Source: Pseudomonas sp. NFIX28 (GTDB lineage Bacteria; Pseudomonadota; Gammaproteobacteria; Pseudomonadales; Pseudomonadaceae). From it: DNA of 40,000 bases. Under the pieces are notes generated by a model. It did not search any database. It was not told the origin of the DNA and worked only from the letters and a program-made list of their open reading frames with translations. The stretch covers positions 150,074-190,073 of the forward strand of contig NZ_FNPW01000001.1 in the NCBI RefSeq assembly GCF_900107395.1, in the 5' to 3' direction. Position 1 is the stretch's first letter; every line of letters starts with the position of its first letter. A program made the translations under genes and the position numbers. Positions 32,319 through 40,000 of this stretch are shown here, piece by piece.

Positions 32319-32340
32319 CCCCGCCCAGAGCGGGGTTTTT
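32319..32340 (+). terminator. rho-independent terminator
   Basis: CCCCGC-ccaga-GCGGGG followed by TTTTT. Confidence 0.75.
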
Positions 32341-32375
32341 CTTGCCCGCAGGAAATCTGCGACGTACCTATTCAG

Positions 32376-32401
32376 GGCCTCAGCATTCGCTGGGGCTTTT
32401 T
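32376..32401 (+). terminator. rho-independent terminator (second of a tandem pair)
   Basis: GGCCTCAGC-attc-GCTGGGGCT (one G-U pair) followed by TTTTT. Confidence 0.6.
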
Positions 32402-32419
32402 CGTTTCTGGAGCATAGCA

Positions 32420-32956
32420 ATGCAGAGTGATGACTTCGTTGAAGGTGTATCAGGCTGGCGGATGAGCCGGGGCAAGATTGAGCTGTATGGCTGGAAATAT
32501 CCGGTCATCCTCGGAAAACTCGACGAGCCGGAGCCTGAAGCGAGCGAAAAGTCGCCCAAGCCCTTCATCATCGTCGATGGCGTGACCTACATCAGGCAGG
32601 CCAAGCTCGATGCCAACTGGCAGGTGAAGATGGAGCCGCTGAATGGCAAGTACGTCGCCACTGGCGTCGGCGTTGGCCTTGAGTCGCAATTCCTGGTGGA
32701 CGCTGATCGCTATGCGGTCGGCGGCTATGTTGGGAATGGTCCACAACCTGGCGATGCGCCGAAGGCTGGAAGCGCGACCTCAATGCTCGACGCCATGGCC
32801 AGCACGATCAGCGAAACATCGCTCGGCAAGGACCTGTTGAACGAGATCGGCAAGGGCCCAGCAATCGCCGATCAGGTCCGCGACGTTCTTCGCGCCGAGC
32901 TCAGGCCGGGCGGCATCCTGTACCGCGGTTTATCACATTCACAGGCCCCGCACTGA
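32420..32956 (+). CDS. hypothetical protein resembling a fragment of tail-tip/host-specificity (J-like) proteins
   Basis: ORF 32303..32956 trimmed to the ATG at 32420 (GGAG upstream). Blocks SGWRMSRGKIELYG, FIIVDGVTYIRQAKL, WQVKME..NGKYVATGVGVG and SQFLVDADRYAV recall J-type central tail fibre proteins (memory only). Confidence 0.5.
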   Translation: MQSDDFVEGVSGWRMSRGKIELYGWKYPVILGKLDEPEPEASEKSPKPFIIVDGVTYIRQAKLDANWQVKMEPLNGKYVATGVGVGLESQFLVDADRYAVGGYVGNGPQPGDAPKAGSATSMLDAMASTISETSLGKDLLNEIGKGPAIADQVRDVLRAELRPGGILYRGLSHSQAPH

Positions 32957-32969
32957 GCGGGGCTTTTTT
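32945..32969 (+). terminator. rho-independent terminator
   Basis: GCCCCGC-actga-GCGGGGC followed by TTTTTT. The stop codon lies in the loop. Confidence 0.8.
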
Positions 32970-33026
32970 GTTTTGGGCAATGCCCGGGCCAACGCAGGCC
33001 CTTTTTAATCCCCATGGAGACACCCA

Positions 33027-33350
33027 ATGGCAGAACCAACGAGCACTGCCGCCAGCGTGCTGCTGGTTAAGTACGGCGTGGTCATGGCTGCATTCATTGG
33101 CTCGATACTGTCCCTCGGTTTTCTGAAGGACCTGACTCGGGGCCAGGCGGCCGCGGCTGTGGCTACTGGCTTCTTTTTCTCGGTGTACCTGACCCAGCCC
33201 GTTACCGCATGGCTCGCTACAAAGCTGAGCCTTGTGGTGGATGACAACCTCTTGTGCGGGGTGGCGTTCGTGCTGGGCCTGACCGCGATGAACATCATCC
33301 CGGCCATCAAGAAGGTCATCGGGTCGTTCCCTGCGACGCGAGGTGCCTGA
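33027..33350 (+). CDS. holin candidate (three hydrophobic helices)
   Basis: 107 aa with GGAGA upstream. It has TM segments and a basic C-terminus, and is the first gene after the late terminators. Confidence 0.6.
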   Translation: MAEPTSTAASVLLVKYGVVMAAFIGSILSLGFLKDLTRGQAAAAVATGFFFSVYLTQPVTAWLATKLSLVVDDNLLCGVAFVLGLTAMNIIPAIKKVIGSFPATRGA

Positions 33351-33351
33351 C

Positions 33352-33624
33352 ATGAACAGTATCCTTGTATCGGCGCTCAGCGTGACCGATGCGGTTCTGT
33401 GCATCCTGGTCGCCCTGGCAGCCTGTGACTACCTACGCCGTGTTCGCCCGATCGACCAGCCCCTGCTAAGCATCGCCTTCTACCTGGTGGCCATCGGCGC
33501 GTTCGGTTCGTTCGTGACGACCATGCAAGGTCAATGGGTTAACCCCTTAGGCGTAATGCTGCATGGTGGTGTCGTGGCGTATGCCTGGGCCCGCCGCGGG
33601 CATGTGTTCGAGGTGAAGGGGTAG
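33352..33624 (+). CDS. small multi-helix membrane protein (second lysis-cassette component?)
   Basis: ATG at 33352 preceded by GAGG. 90 aa with about three hydrophobic segments. Confidence 0.5.
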   Translation: MNSILVSALSVTDAVLCILVALAACDYLRRVRPIDQPLLSIAFYLVAIGAFGSFVTTMQGQWVNPLGVMLHGGVVAYAWARRGHVFEVKG

Positions 33625-33628
33625 AGCA

Positions 33629-33925
33629 GTGGAGTACCTGATCGGCAACAACCAGTACGCGGCCAGCTACCAAGAGCTGCGCGAGGAGCGCGCCCGCTTC
33701 ACCCAGATGACCGACAAGCGCTTCCTGAAGGAGCTTCCCGCGGCCCTGCACTTCGCAGTGTTCGTGTGCTGGTTCAAGGAGCTGCCGTCGAGCGTTGTCC
33801 TGTCGGATGAGGGGATCGTCCACCAGATGGCGCACTTGATCCACTTGAAGGACGAGCCGCTGGTTATGGCCAGGCTTGGCGAGATCCGCGAGCTGTTCAA
33901 CAAGCAGCTGCAGCTTGCAGCGTAA
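33629..33925 (+). CDS. hypothetical protein
   Basis: 98-aa ORF with a GTG start preceded by GAAGGGG. No lysin motif seen. Confidence 0.45.
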   Translation: MEYLIGNNQYAASYQELREERARFTQMTDKRFLKELPAALHFAVFVCWFKELPSSVVLSDEGIVHQMAHLIHLKDEPLVMARLGEIRELFNKQLQLAA

Positions 33926-33965
33926 GTCGCGACACGTTTCGCGAATCAGCAAATTGTGTCGCGAC
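33926..33965. terminator. long inverted repeat between convergent genes (bidirectional terminator candidate)
   Basis: GTCGCGACAC (33926..33935) pairs with GTGTCGCGAC (33956..33965). The 20-nt loop contains the palindrome TTCGCGAA. Confidence 0.5.
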
Positions 33966-33972
33966 GCTTAGT

Positions 33973-34371
33973 TTATGAATTCTTTTTGAGGTAAGCCTCA
34001 AGGTTATGCAGTGCGTAAGAGAGCTCGAGCTCAACCTCATATAGTCCTCTGACCCAGGATTGGCTATGTGGGCTTGTGTCGGTTCGCATTCGGAAGTTCG
34101 CGGAAGTGCTCCTGACGGCTGGGCCAAAGAAGAACTGCTCAAGATCAGTCTTTGGTGTTTTACGGCGCGACAGTGTTTCGTACTTGGCAGCATCCTTAAT
34201 CTCACCCTTCAGCTTGGTGAGTCGGGCCTTCAAGAGGTCAATGCTGTTCGAGGAGAGTCTTGATTTGTCGGCAGCATCGTTGACTAGGCTACGAGCTTCG
34301 TCATGCCATCTTTTCAGCTCGGAAACAATGGCCTGGGCCTCATTTTGGTCAAGTTCCATTTGGGCTTCCAT
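33973..34371 (-). CDS. hypothetical helical protein (minus-strand cargo between lysis and packaging)
   Basis: 132-aa ORF, AT-richer than its flanks, downstream of the 69-aa ORF. Confidence 0.55.
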   Translation of the reverse strand: MEAQMELDQNEAQAIVSELKRWHDEARSLVNDAADKSRLSSNSIDLLKARLTKLKGEIKDAAKYETLSRRKTPKTDLEQFFFGPAVRSTSANFRMRTDTSPHSQSWVRGLYEVELELSYALHNLEAYLKKNS

Positions 34372-34417
34372 TTATATGTGTAGTAGGTGTGCCGCAGGTG
34401 AGTGCGGCACGGATGCA

Positions 34418-34627
34418 TCAATCTGCCGTTTTAAGAGCAGCTTGGATCTTGTCAGCATACTGCGACAGCTTGCCCATTTCAGTTTCAAGACTGGTTCCGG
34501 CGATAGCTGTGCCGATACGGCTTTGAATCAGCTCCAAGGCTGCACCAACGGCGACAGCACGCTGCGCTGCGGGAATCAATTGGCGGTAGGAGTTTTCACC
34601 AACTTTCGAGATCGCTTCGATAGACAT
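34418..34627 (-). CDS. hypothetical small protein
   Basis: 69 aa, with AAGGAAAG just upstream of the ATG. Confidence 0.5.
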   Translation of the reverse strand: MSIEAISKVGENSYRQLIPAAQRAVAVGAALELIQSRIGTAIAGTSLETEMGKLSQYADKIQAALKTAD

Positions 34628-34712
34628 CTTCTTTCCTTAAAACGGTTAATTGGGTACTGCGCCATTACTAATGGAGTCACGTGCTCTACCAATCAAGTGC
34701 CTGAGACAATTT

Positions 34713-35312
34713 ATGACAACCAAGCAACCCGACTGGGAGGCGATCGAACGAGCCTACCGGGCTGGTGCGCTTTCCATAAGAACCATTGCTGAGCGTAACG
34801 GCATCAGCGACACCGCGATCCGCAAGAAGGCCAAGGCCTCTGGGTGGAATCGCGACCTTTCCGAGCAGGTGCGTAAAGAGGTTCGCAATAAGCTGGTTCG
34901 CGGTGAGGTTCGCGATGAGCAATGTGCGAACCCTGAGCATGACGCGGAGATCATCGAGGAAGCGGCAGAAGAGGGCGCGACGGTTGTTCGCAGCCATCGC
35001 CGAGACATTCGCAAGGCCACGAACCTTGCGAACCTGCTGATGGATGATCTGCTGATGACCATTCAGAAGCGCGAAGAGATCGAAGACGCGATTGTCGACG
35101 AGACGGCGGAGGACACCAACAGCATGCGCCGCGGCTCGATGCTCGCTGCGGTCGGCTTGCCGAGCAATGCCAAGACCCTGTTCCAGCTTTCGTCTGCCAT
35201 GAAGAACCTGCAGGTGCTCGAACGCCAGGCTTTCGGTCTGGATGAGAAGGAGAAGACGGACGACGCGGACGAGCTGTCCAAGCTGATGGATGAATTGTCG
35301 AAGGAAGCCTGA
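34713..35312 (+). CDS. terS: terminase small subunit
   Basis: ORF 34650..35312 trimmed to the ATG at 34713. PDWEAIERAYRAGALSIRTIAERNGISDTAIRKKAKASGWNRDL is the usual HTH N-terminus of small terminases. Confidence 0.75.
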   Translation: MTTKQPDWEAIERAYRAGALSIRTIAERNGISDTAIRKKAKASGWNRDLSEQVRKEVRNKLVRGEVRDEQCANPEHDAEIIEEAAEEGATVVRSHRRDIRKATNLANLLMDDLLMTIQKREEIEDAIVDETAEDTNSMRRGSMLAAVGLPSNAKTLFQLSSAMKNLQVLERQAFGLDEKEKTDDADELSKLMDELSKEA

Positions 35313-35314
35313 TC

Positions 35315-36052
35315 ATGAAGCCCGGAGTTATCTACGTCATCGAGTGCGCTGGAAACGGTAAGCGCTATGTCGGTTCGACGTCCCGTAGGCCAAATCAGCG
35401 CCGGCTTGAGCATTTGCATCATCTGCGAGCAGGAAAGCACCACTCGAAGCGGTTGCAGCGGTGCTTCAACAAGTACGGCGAGGATGCGCTTTCATTCTCC
35501 GTCGTCGAAACAGTCGAAGACCTGAATATGCTGCTCCCACGAGAACAGTTCCACATCTGGCGTGCCGAAGGCGATTGCCTCAACAGCGCAGACGTCAGTG
35601 ATTCAGTTCACTGCGCGAGGATTGCCAACACTGGTCGTATACAGGACGCTGATGAGAGAGCGCGTCGATCAGCCTCCTTGCTTGCGGCTGTCGCCTCTGG
35701 CACCAAAAAGCCAAGGGCTTGGACGGACGAGCAAAGGACTCAGCATTCGATAATCCTGACCGGTAGGAAGATGCCGGCGGTCAAAAATTCAACGAGAGAG
35801 AACATCAGCAAAGCGCTCAAAGGGAGAGCTCCTTCGATTGCCGGCAATACTAGATCAGTGGCCGTGAGAACCGAGTTCATTGCCGATGAGCTCGGCGGGT
35901 GGCTGGAGATGCGTGCCGCAGGCTTGAGCTACCGCGAAATTGAGCGGCGAACCGGCAGGTCGCGAAGAATGTTAGAGCGCGAATGCTCAAAGGCCGCCAA
36001 TGAAGCCAGAACACCTGAAACTACTGAGAGACAAGAGATTCCGGCTCAATAA
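35315..36052 (+). CDS. GIY-YIG homing endonuclease with NUMOD3-like repeats and C-terminal HTH
   Basis: GVIYVIECAGNGKRYVGST (GIY...YVG), RRLEH, and PREQFHIW (catalytic Glu region). TDEQRTQHSIILTGRKMP and STRENISKALKGR are NUMOD3-like. LSYREIERRTGRS is an HTH. Confidence 0.8.
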   Translation: MKPGVIYVIECAGNGKRYVGSTSRRPNQRRLEHLHHLRAGKHHSKRLQRCFNKYGEDALSFSVVETVEDLNMLLPREQFHIWRAEGDCLNSADVSDSVHCARIANTGRIQDADERARRSASLLAAVASGTKKPRAWTDEQRTQHSIILTGRKMPAVKNSTRENISKALKGRAPSIAGNTRSVAVRTEFIADELGGWLEMRAAGLSYREIERRTGRSRRMLERECSKAANEARTPETTERQEIPAQ

Positions 36053-37490
36053 TCTCTACTTCATCACCGACAAGCAGGGTAAGAAGATCCGCTTCCGGAT
36101 GACGGACGAGCAGATCGAATATTTCGAGGGGATGCACACCAGGAACATTATCCTGAAGGCTCGCCAGCTCGGCTTCACCACCGAGTGCTGCATCATCCAG
36201 CTGGACGCTGCGCTGTTCGAGTCGGCCAAGTGCGCATTGATTGCCCATACCCTGAACGACGCCAAGCGCCTGTTCCGGGAGAAGGTGAAGTATGCCTACG
36301 ACAACCTGCCGGCCGAGATCCGTGCCGCCAACCCGGCCAGGAACGATGCCGCCGGCGAGCTGGTGTTCAGCAAGGGCGGTTCGCTTTATGTATCCACCTC
36401 GTTCCGGGGTGGCACGCTGCGCTATCTGCACGTCTCCGAGTTCGGGAAGATCTGCGCCAAGTTCCCCCACAAGGCGCGTGAGATTGTCACTGGCGCCTTC
36501 GAGGCGGTGGCCACTGAGTGCTTTGTCACAATCGAGTCCACGGCTGAGGGCCGGGCCGGTTACTTCTTCGATTACTCACAGAGCGCCGAGAAGCAGCTGC
36601 TGTCCGGTACGCCGCTCGGTAAGCTGGACTGGAAGTTCTTCTTCTTCAGCTGGTGGAAGAACAAGGCCTACTGGCTCGATCCGGCTGAGGCGGTCATCCC
36701 GCAGCGCCTGACCGACTATTTCTACGAGCTATTCGCCAAGCATGGCATTGACACCAACCCGGGCCAGCGCGCCTGGTACGCCGCCAAGGAGAAGACCCTC
36801 GGCGACGATATGAAGCGGGAATACCCTTCTCTGCCGGCGGAAGCCTTTCAGCAGTCGATTGAGGGCGCCTACTACGCGAAGCAGTTCACGAAGCTGTACA
36901 GCGCGCAGAAGATCGGCCCGCTACCGGACAACAGTCATCTGCCGGTCCACACGATTTGGGATATCGGCGTCGGCGACTCCACGACCATCTGGTTCGTTCG
37001 GATCGTCGGCGAGGAATACCACGTCATCGACTTCTACGAGAACAGCGGCGAAGGCCTGCGGCACTACATGAAGGTGCTCAAGGATCGCAAATACACGTAT
37101 GGCGATCACTGGGGCCCGCACGACATCGACAACCGCGAATTTGGTAGCGACGGCAAGACCCGCCGCGAACTGGCCCGTGAGGGTTACGAAATCGATGGGC
37201 AAAAATACAGCCTCAAGTTCAGCGTTGTTCCGAAGCTTGGCATCGACGAAGGCATTGAGCAGGTGCGGGAGATCCTTCCGGCCTGCGCCTTCGATGAGTC
37301 CAAGTGCGAGCTGGGTATCTCCTGTCTGGAGAACTATCGAAAGGAGTGGGACGACAAGCGGGGCTGCTGGAAAGACAAACCACTTCATGACTGGTCATCG
37401 CACGGCGCGGACGCCTTCCGCTACTTCGCCGTCTCGATGGGCCGACGCAAACGCACAGGCGGAACACGCCGAATAGGAGGCTTGGCCTGA
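36000..37490 (+). CDS. terL: terminase large subunit
   Basis: LRDKRFRLNNLYFITDKQGKKIRF...RNIILKARQLGFTT carries the ATPase Walker A-like region. The C-terminal nuclease has DIGVGDSTTIWF and HDWSSHGADAFRY. Confidence 0.85.
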   Translation: MKPEHLKLLRDKRFRLNNLYFITDKQGKKIRFRMTDEQIEYFEGMHTRNIILKARQLGFTTECCIIQLDAALFESAKCALIAHTLNDAKRLFREKVKYAYDNLPAEIRAANPARNDAAGELVFSKGGSLYVSTSFRGGTLRYLHVSEFGKICAKFPHKAREIVTGAFEAVATECFVTIESTAEGRAGYFFDYSQSAEKQLLSGTPLGKLDWKFFFFSWWKNKAYWLDPAEAVIPQRLTDYFYELFAKHGIDTNPGQRAWYAAKEKTLGDDMKREYPSLPAEAFQQSIEGAYYAKQFTKLYSAQKIGPLPDNSHLPVHTIWDIGVGDSTTIWFVRIVGEEYHVIDFYENSGEGLRHYMKVLKDRKYTYGDHWGPHDIDNREFGSDGKTRRELAREGYEIDGQKYSLKFSVVPKLGIDEGIEQVREILPACAFDESKCELGISCLENYRKEWDDKRGCWKDKPLHDWSSHGADAFRYFAVSMGRRKRTGGTRRIGGLA

Positions 37491-38941
37491 TGCCAGTGCA
37501 ATCGACAAATCCGGACTACGACGTGCACATCGCCGAGTGGGAGATGATGGACGACGCGCTCGAAGGTGAGTGCGCCGTGAAGCGCAACGAACGTAATCTG
37601 CCCAAGCCGAGCGGTATGGTCGAAGCTGAAAAGATCGACGGCGCCGGCAACAAATACCTCTACGAGAATTACACGAACCGGGCTCAGTACGAGCACTGGG
37701 TGCGCGACTCGCTGCGTTCGATGATGGGCTTGGTGTCTCGGTTGATCCCGGAGATCGAACTGCCCGGCGGCCTGAAAGGGCTGGAGGACAACGCCACATC
37801 GGACGGCTTCGGCCTGAAGCAACTGTTCTTCCGCATGGTGCGCCAGGCTATCTCGCACGGCCGGGTGCCGCTGGTGGTGAACATCGATGAGCGCGGCGAG
37901 CCGTACTTCTCGACGTATGCCACGCGCAACGCCATCAACTGGGACACCGCTGATCAAGGCGGCCGGCAGGACCTGGTCCTCTCGGTGTTCCGTGAGTTCC
38001 GCAAGAAGGGCGGCGACCGATACAGCCATGACTGCGACACGGTGTTCCGTGAGTTCTTCATGCAGGACAGCGTCTGCCATACCGCTGTGCGGAACGAAGG
38101 CGGGGAGCTGGTCGGGAACGAAAAACCGTTAGGCACCACCGGTACGGACGACCGCTTGGTCAAAGGCCTGCCCTACCTGCCAGTGATCTACTGTGGCTCG
38201 ACCGACAACTCGCCGGACGTCGACGAGGTACCACTGCTGACCATGGCGCGCGCCGCGTTGAAGTCCTACCAGCTGAGCGCTGACTACTTCACCGCGCTGC
38301 ACCAGACCAGTCATCCTCAGCCGTGGGTGTCCGGCCTCGATGACTCTGTAGAGCTCAGCGTGACCGGGCCATCTGCTGCTTGGGATCTTGGCCCGAACGG
38401 CGAGTGTGGTTATCTGGAGTTCCAGGGGGCCGGCATCGAAGCCGTCCGCAAGGCCATGGATGACCAGAAGAATGCCGCGCTTGAAGCCGGCGCCAAGGTC
38501 ATGGATGTGGGTGGCATTGAGTCAGGCGAGGCGCGCAAGACACGCCAGAACGACCAGCACGCCACGCTGCACAGCATCGTCGTCACGGTGGCAGAGGCGG
38601 TGGAGCAGGGGCTGCGATATGCAGCCGAGTGGAAGGGCTACGACCCCAAGCAGGTCAAGTTCAAGGTGAACCCTGAGTTCGTGACCCCGGTGGTCGACGC
38701 CCAGGTGCTCGCCGAGCTGCTGAAAGGTGTGATGTCCGGAACGATCAGCGCCGACACCTACTGGCAGTACCTCACCACCGGCAAGCTGCCGGATCGCCCA
38801 TATGAAGATGAAGCCGACCTGATCAGCGATGAGCGCGAGTCGGCCGGCATCAACTTGGATAAAGAAGATGTCAACGACAAACCAGGCGCAGGCGGACAGC
38901 CAGCTGCTGGAGCAGACGACCCGTCACTCGGTAATGCTTGA
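37490..38941 (+). CDS. portal protein (DUF4055-type)
   Basis: 483 aa immediately after terL (TGATG overlap, GGAGG upstream). The N-terminus IAEWEMMDDALEGECAVKRNERNLPKPSGM is typical of this portal family. Confidence 0.75.
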   Translation: MPVQSTNPDYDVHIAEWEMMDDALEGECAVKRNERNLPKPSGMVEAEKIDGAGNKYLYENYTNRAQYEHWVRDSLRSMMGLVSRLIPEIELPGGLKGLEDNATSDGFGLKQLFFRMVRQAISHGRVPLVVNIDERGEPYFSTYATRNAINWDTADQGGRQDLVLSVFREFRKKGGDRYSHDCDTVFREFFMQDSVCHTAVRNEGGELVGNEKPLGTTGTDDRLVKGLPYLPVIYCGSTDNSPDVDEVPLLTMARAALKSYQLSADYFTALHQTSHPQPWVSGLDDSVELSVTGPSAAWDLGPNGECGYLEFQGAGIEAVRKAMDDQKNAALEAGAKVMDVGGIESGEARKTRQNDQHATLHSIVVTVAEAVEQGLRYAAEWKGYDPKQVKFKVNPEFVTPVVDAQVLAELLKGVMSGTISADTYWQYLTTGKLPDRPYEDEADLISDERESAGINLDKEDVNDKPGAGGQPAAGADDPSLGNA

Positions 38942-39980
38942 GCGACTTAAGGCCGGCGAGGTCAAAAAGTTCGAAAAGTACCTGCGCCAGATCGACACGC
39001 TAGTGCGGGAGCAGTTGACCCGCAAGGAGCTGACGACCTACAGCCGGGACCGTCTTGAGCAGTTTCTGGCTCGAGTGGACGGCAAGCTGCTGGAGATCTA
39101 CAAGGCCTATGGCGATCTGGTGCAGGCTGATCTGGTCGACATCGCGCTGTACGAGTCGACCTTCGAGGCCAACAGCCTGAGCAATGCGCTCTCCATCGAC
39201 GCGGTGGTGCCGAGCAATACCGTGATCCGCGCGGCGGTGTTTTCCTATCCGCTGCAAGTGAAAGGCATCGACGGCGGCAAGCTGCTGAAGAGTTTCGTCA
39301 GCGGCTGGACGCGCACAGAGACGATGCGTGTGACGAACACCATCAGACTCGGCTTCGGCCAGGGCCAGACCAATGCCCAGATCATTCAAGCGATTCGCGG
39401 CACCGCAGCTCAGAACTTCACGGACGGCGTCTTGGCGGTGAGCAATCGCAATGCTGCATCCGTGGTGCAGACGGCAATCCAGCACGTGGCCACGACGGCA
39501 CGAATGGAGACGCTGAAAGCCAACAGCGACGTGGTGCTGGGCTATCGCTGGGTGTCGACACTCGACCGCAAGACCTCGCAGCAATGCAAGGGCCTGGACG
39601 GGATGCGCTTCGACTTGGGCAAGGGGCCGTTGCCACCGGCGCACATCAACTGCCGCTCCACTACGGTGCCGACCACCAGACTATCGGAGATGTTCGCCAA
39701 GGACGCCACGCGCGCCTCGGTGGGCGACAACGGCGGGGCCCAGGTGGACGCCAGCCTGAACTATTACGAGTGGCTGGCGACCCAGCCGGCAAGCTTCCAG
39801 GATCATGCGCTGGGCCCGGTAAGGGGTAAGCTGTTCCGGAACGGCGGCCTGACGCCCGAGAAGTTCGCCAAACTGCAGCTCGACAAATCGTTCAGGCCAC
39901 TGACCCTGGCCCAACTCAAAGAGATCGAGCCTGACATGTTCACCCGAGCAGGCGTTACACTCGGCGCTCCCGCAAGTTGA
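38868..39980 (+). CDS. head morphogenesis protein, SPP1 gp7/Mu F family
   Basis: GYRWVSTLDRKTSQQCKGLDGMRF...PPAHINCRSTTVP is the MuF signature. The start was chosen at the ATG at 38868; the alternative is 38934. Confidence 0.75.
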   Translation: MSTTNQAQADSQLLEQTTRHSVMLERLKAGEVKKFEKYLRQIDTLVREQLTRKELTTYSRDRLEQFLARVDGKLLEIYKAYGDLVQADLVDIALYESTFEANSLSNALSIDAVVPSNTVIRAAVFSYPLQVKGIDGGKLLKSFVSGWTRTETMRVTNTIRLGFGQGQTNAQIIQAIRGTAAQNFTDGVLAVSNRNAASVVQTAIQHVATTARMETLKANSDVVLGYRWVSTLDRKTSQQCKGLDGMRFDLGKGPLPPAHINCRSTTVPTTRLSEMFAKDATRASVGDNGGAQVDASLNYYEWLATQPASFQDHALGPVRGKLFRNGGLTPEKFAKLQLDKSFRPLTLAQLKEIEPDMFTRAGVTLGAPAS

Positions 39981-40000
39981 GATAGCCGATGCAGATCATC

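Larger units (their letters stand above)
6556..40000. mobile_element. lambdoid prophage integrated at the 3' end of tRNA-Cys (left junction only; right end beyond the window)
   Basis: An integrase lies directly next to the tRNA 3' end, followed by complete early, immunity, replication, late-regulation, lysis, packaging and head modules. The exact att core cannot be set without the second copy. Confidence 0.85.

Overview
GC-rich gammaproteobacterial (Pseudomonas-like, inferred from composition and protein style) chromosome. Positions 1-6440 carry ordinary housekeeping and regulatory genes: an EamA transporter fragment, a cupin/JmjC-like protein, TetR, an NAD(P)H quinone reductase, two LysR regulators and a quinone oxidoreductase. 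A tRNA-Cys(GCA) at 6482-6555 is the integration site of a lambdoid prophage that fills the rest of the window; its right end is not in view. Prophage order: integrase and DUF4224 excision-type protein; a long leftward early operon (frameshifted amino-methyltransferase, 720-aa C5-cytosine methyltransferase, YqaJ exonuclease plus RecT, ParB-like protein); an OL-like operator and promoter; an AT-rich cargo island; CI repressor; OR-like operators; Cro, CII-like, an O-like initiator with internal iterons, NinB, NinG and a Q-like protein; a late promoter followed by terminators; holin; small terminase; a GIY-YIG homing endonuclease; large terminase; portal; MuF-like head protein. The best candidate for an interesting system is the cargo island between OL and cI. 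It holds a diverged RexA/RexB-like two-gene exclusion module plus two more unknown genes. Further accessory modules are a two-gene opposite-strand insert at 13.5-14.8 kb, four other opposite-strand inserts, and a minus-strand pair between the lysis and packaging genes. All family assignments come from reading motifs by eye. No database search was run.
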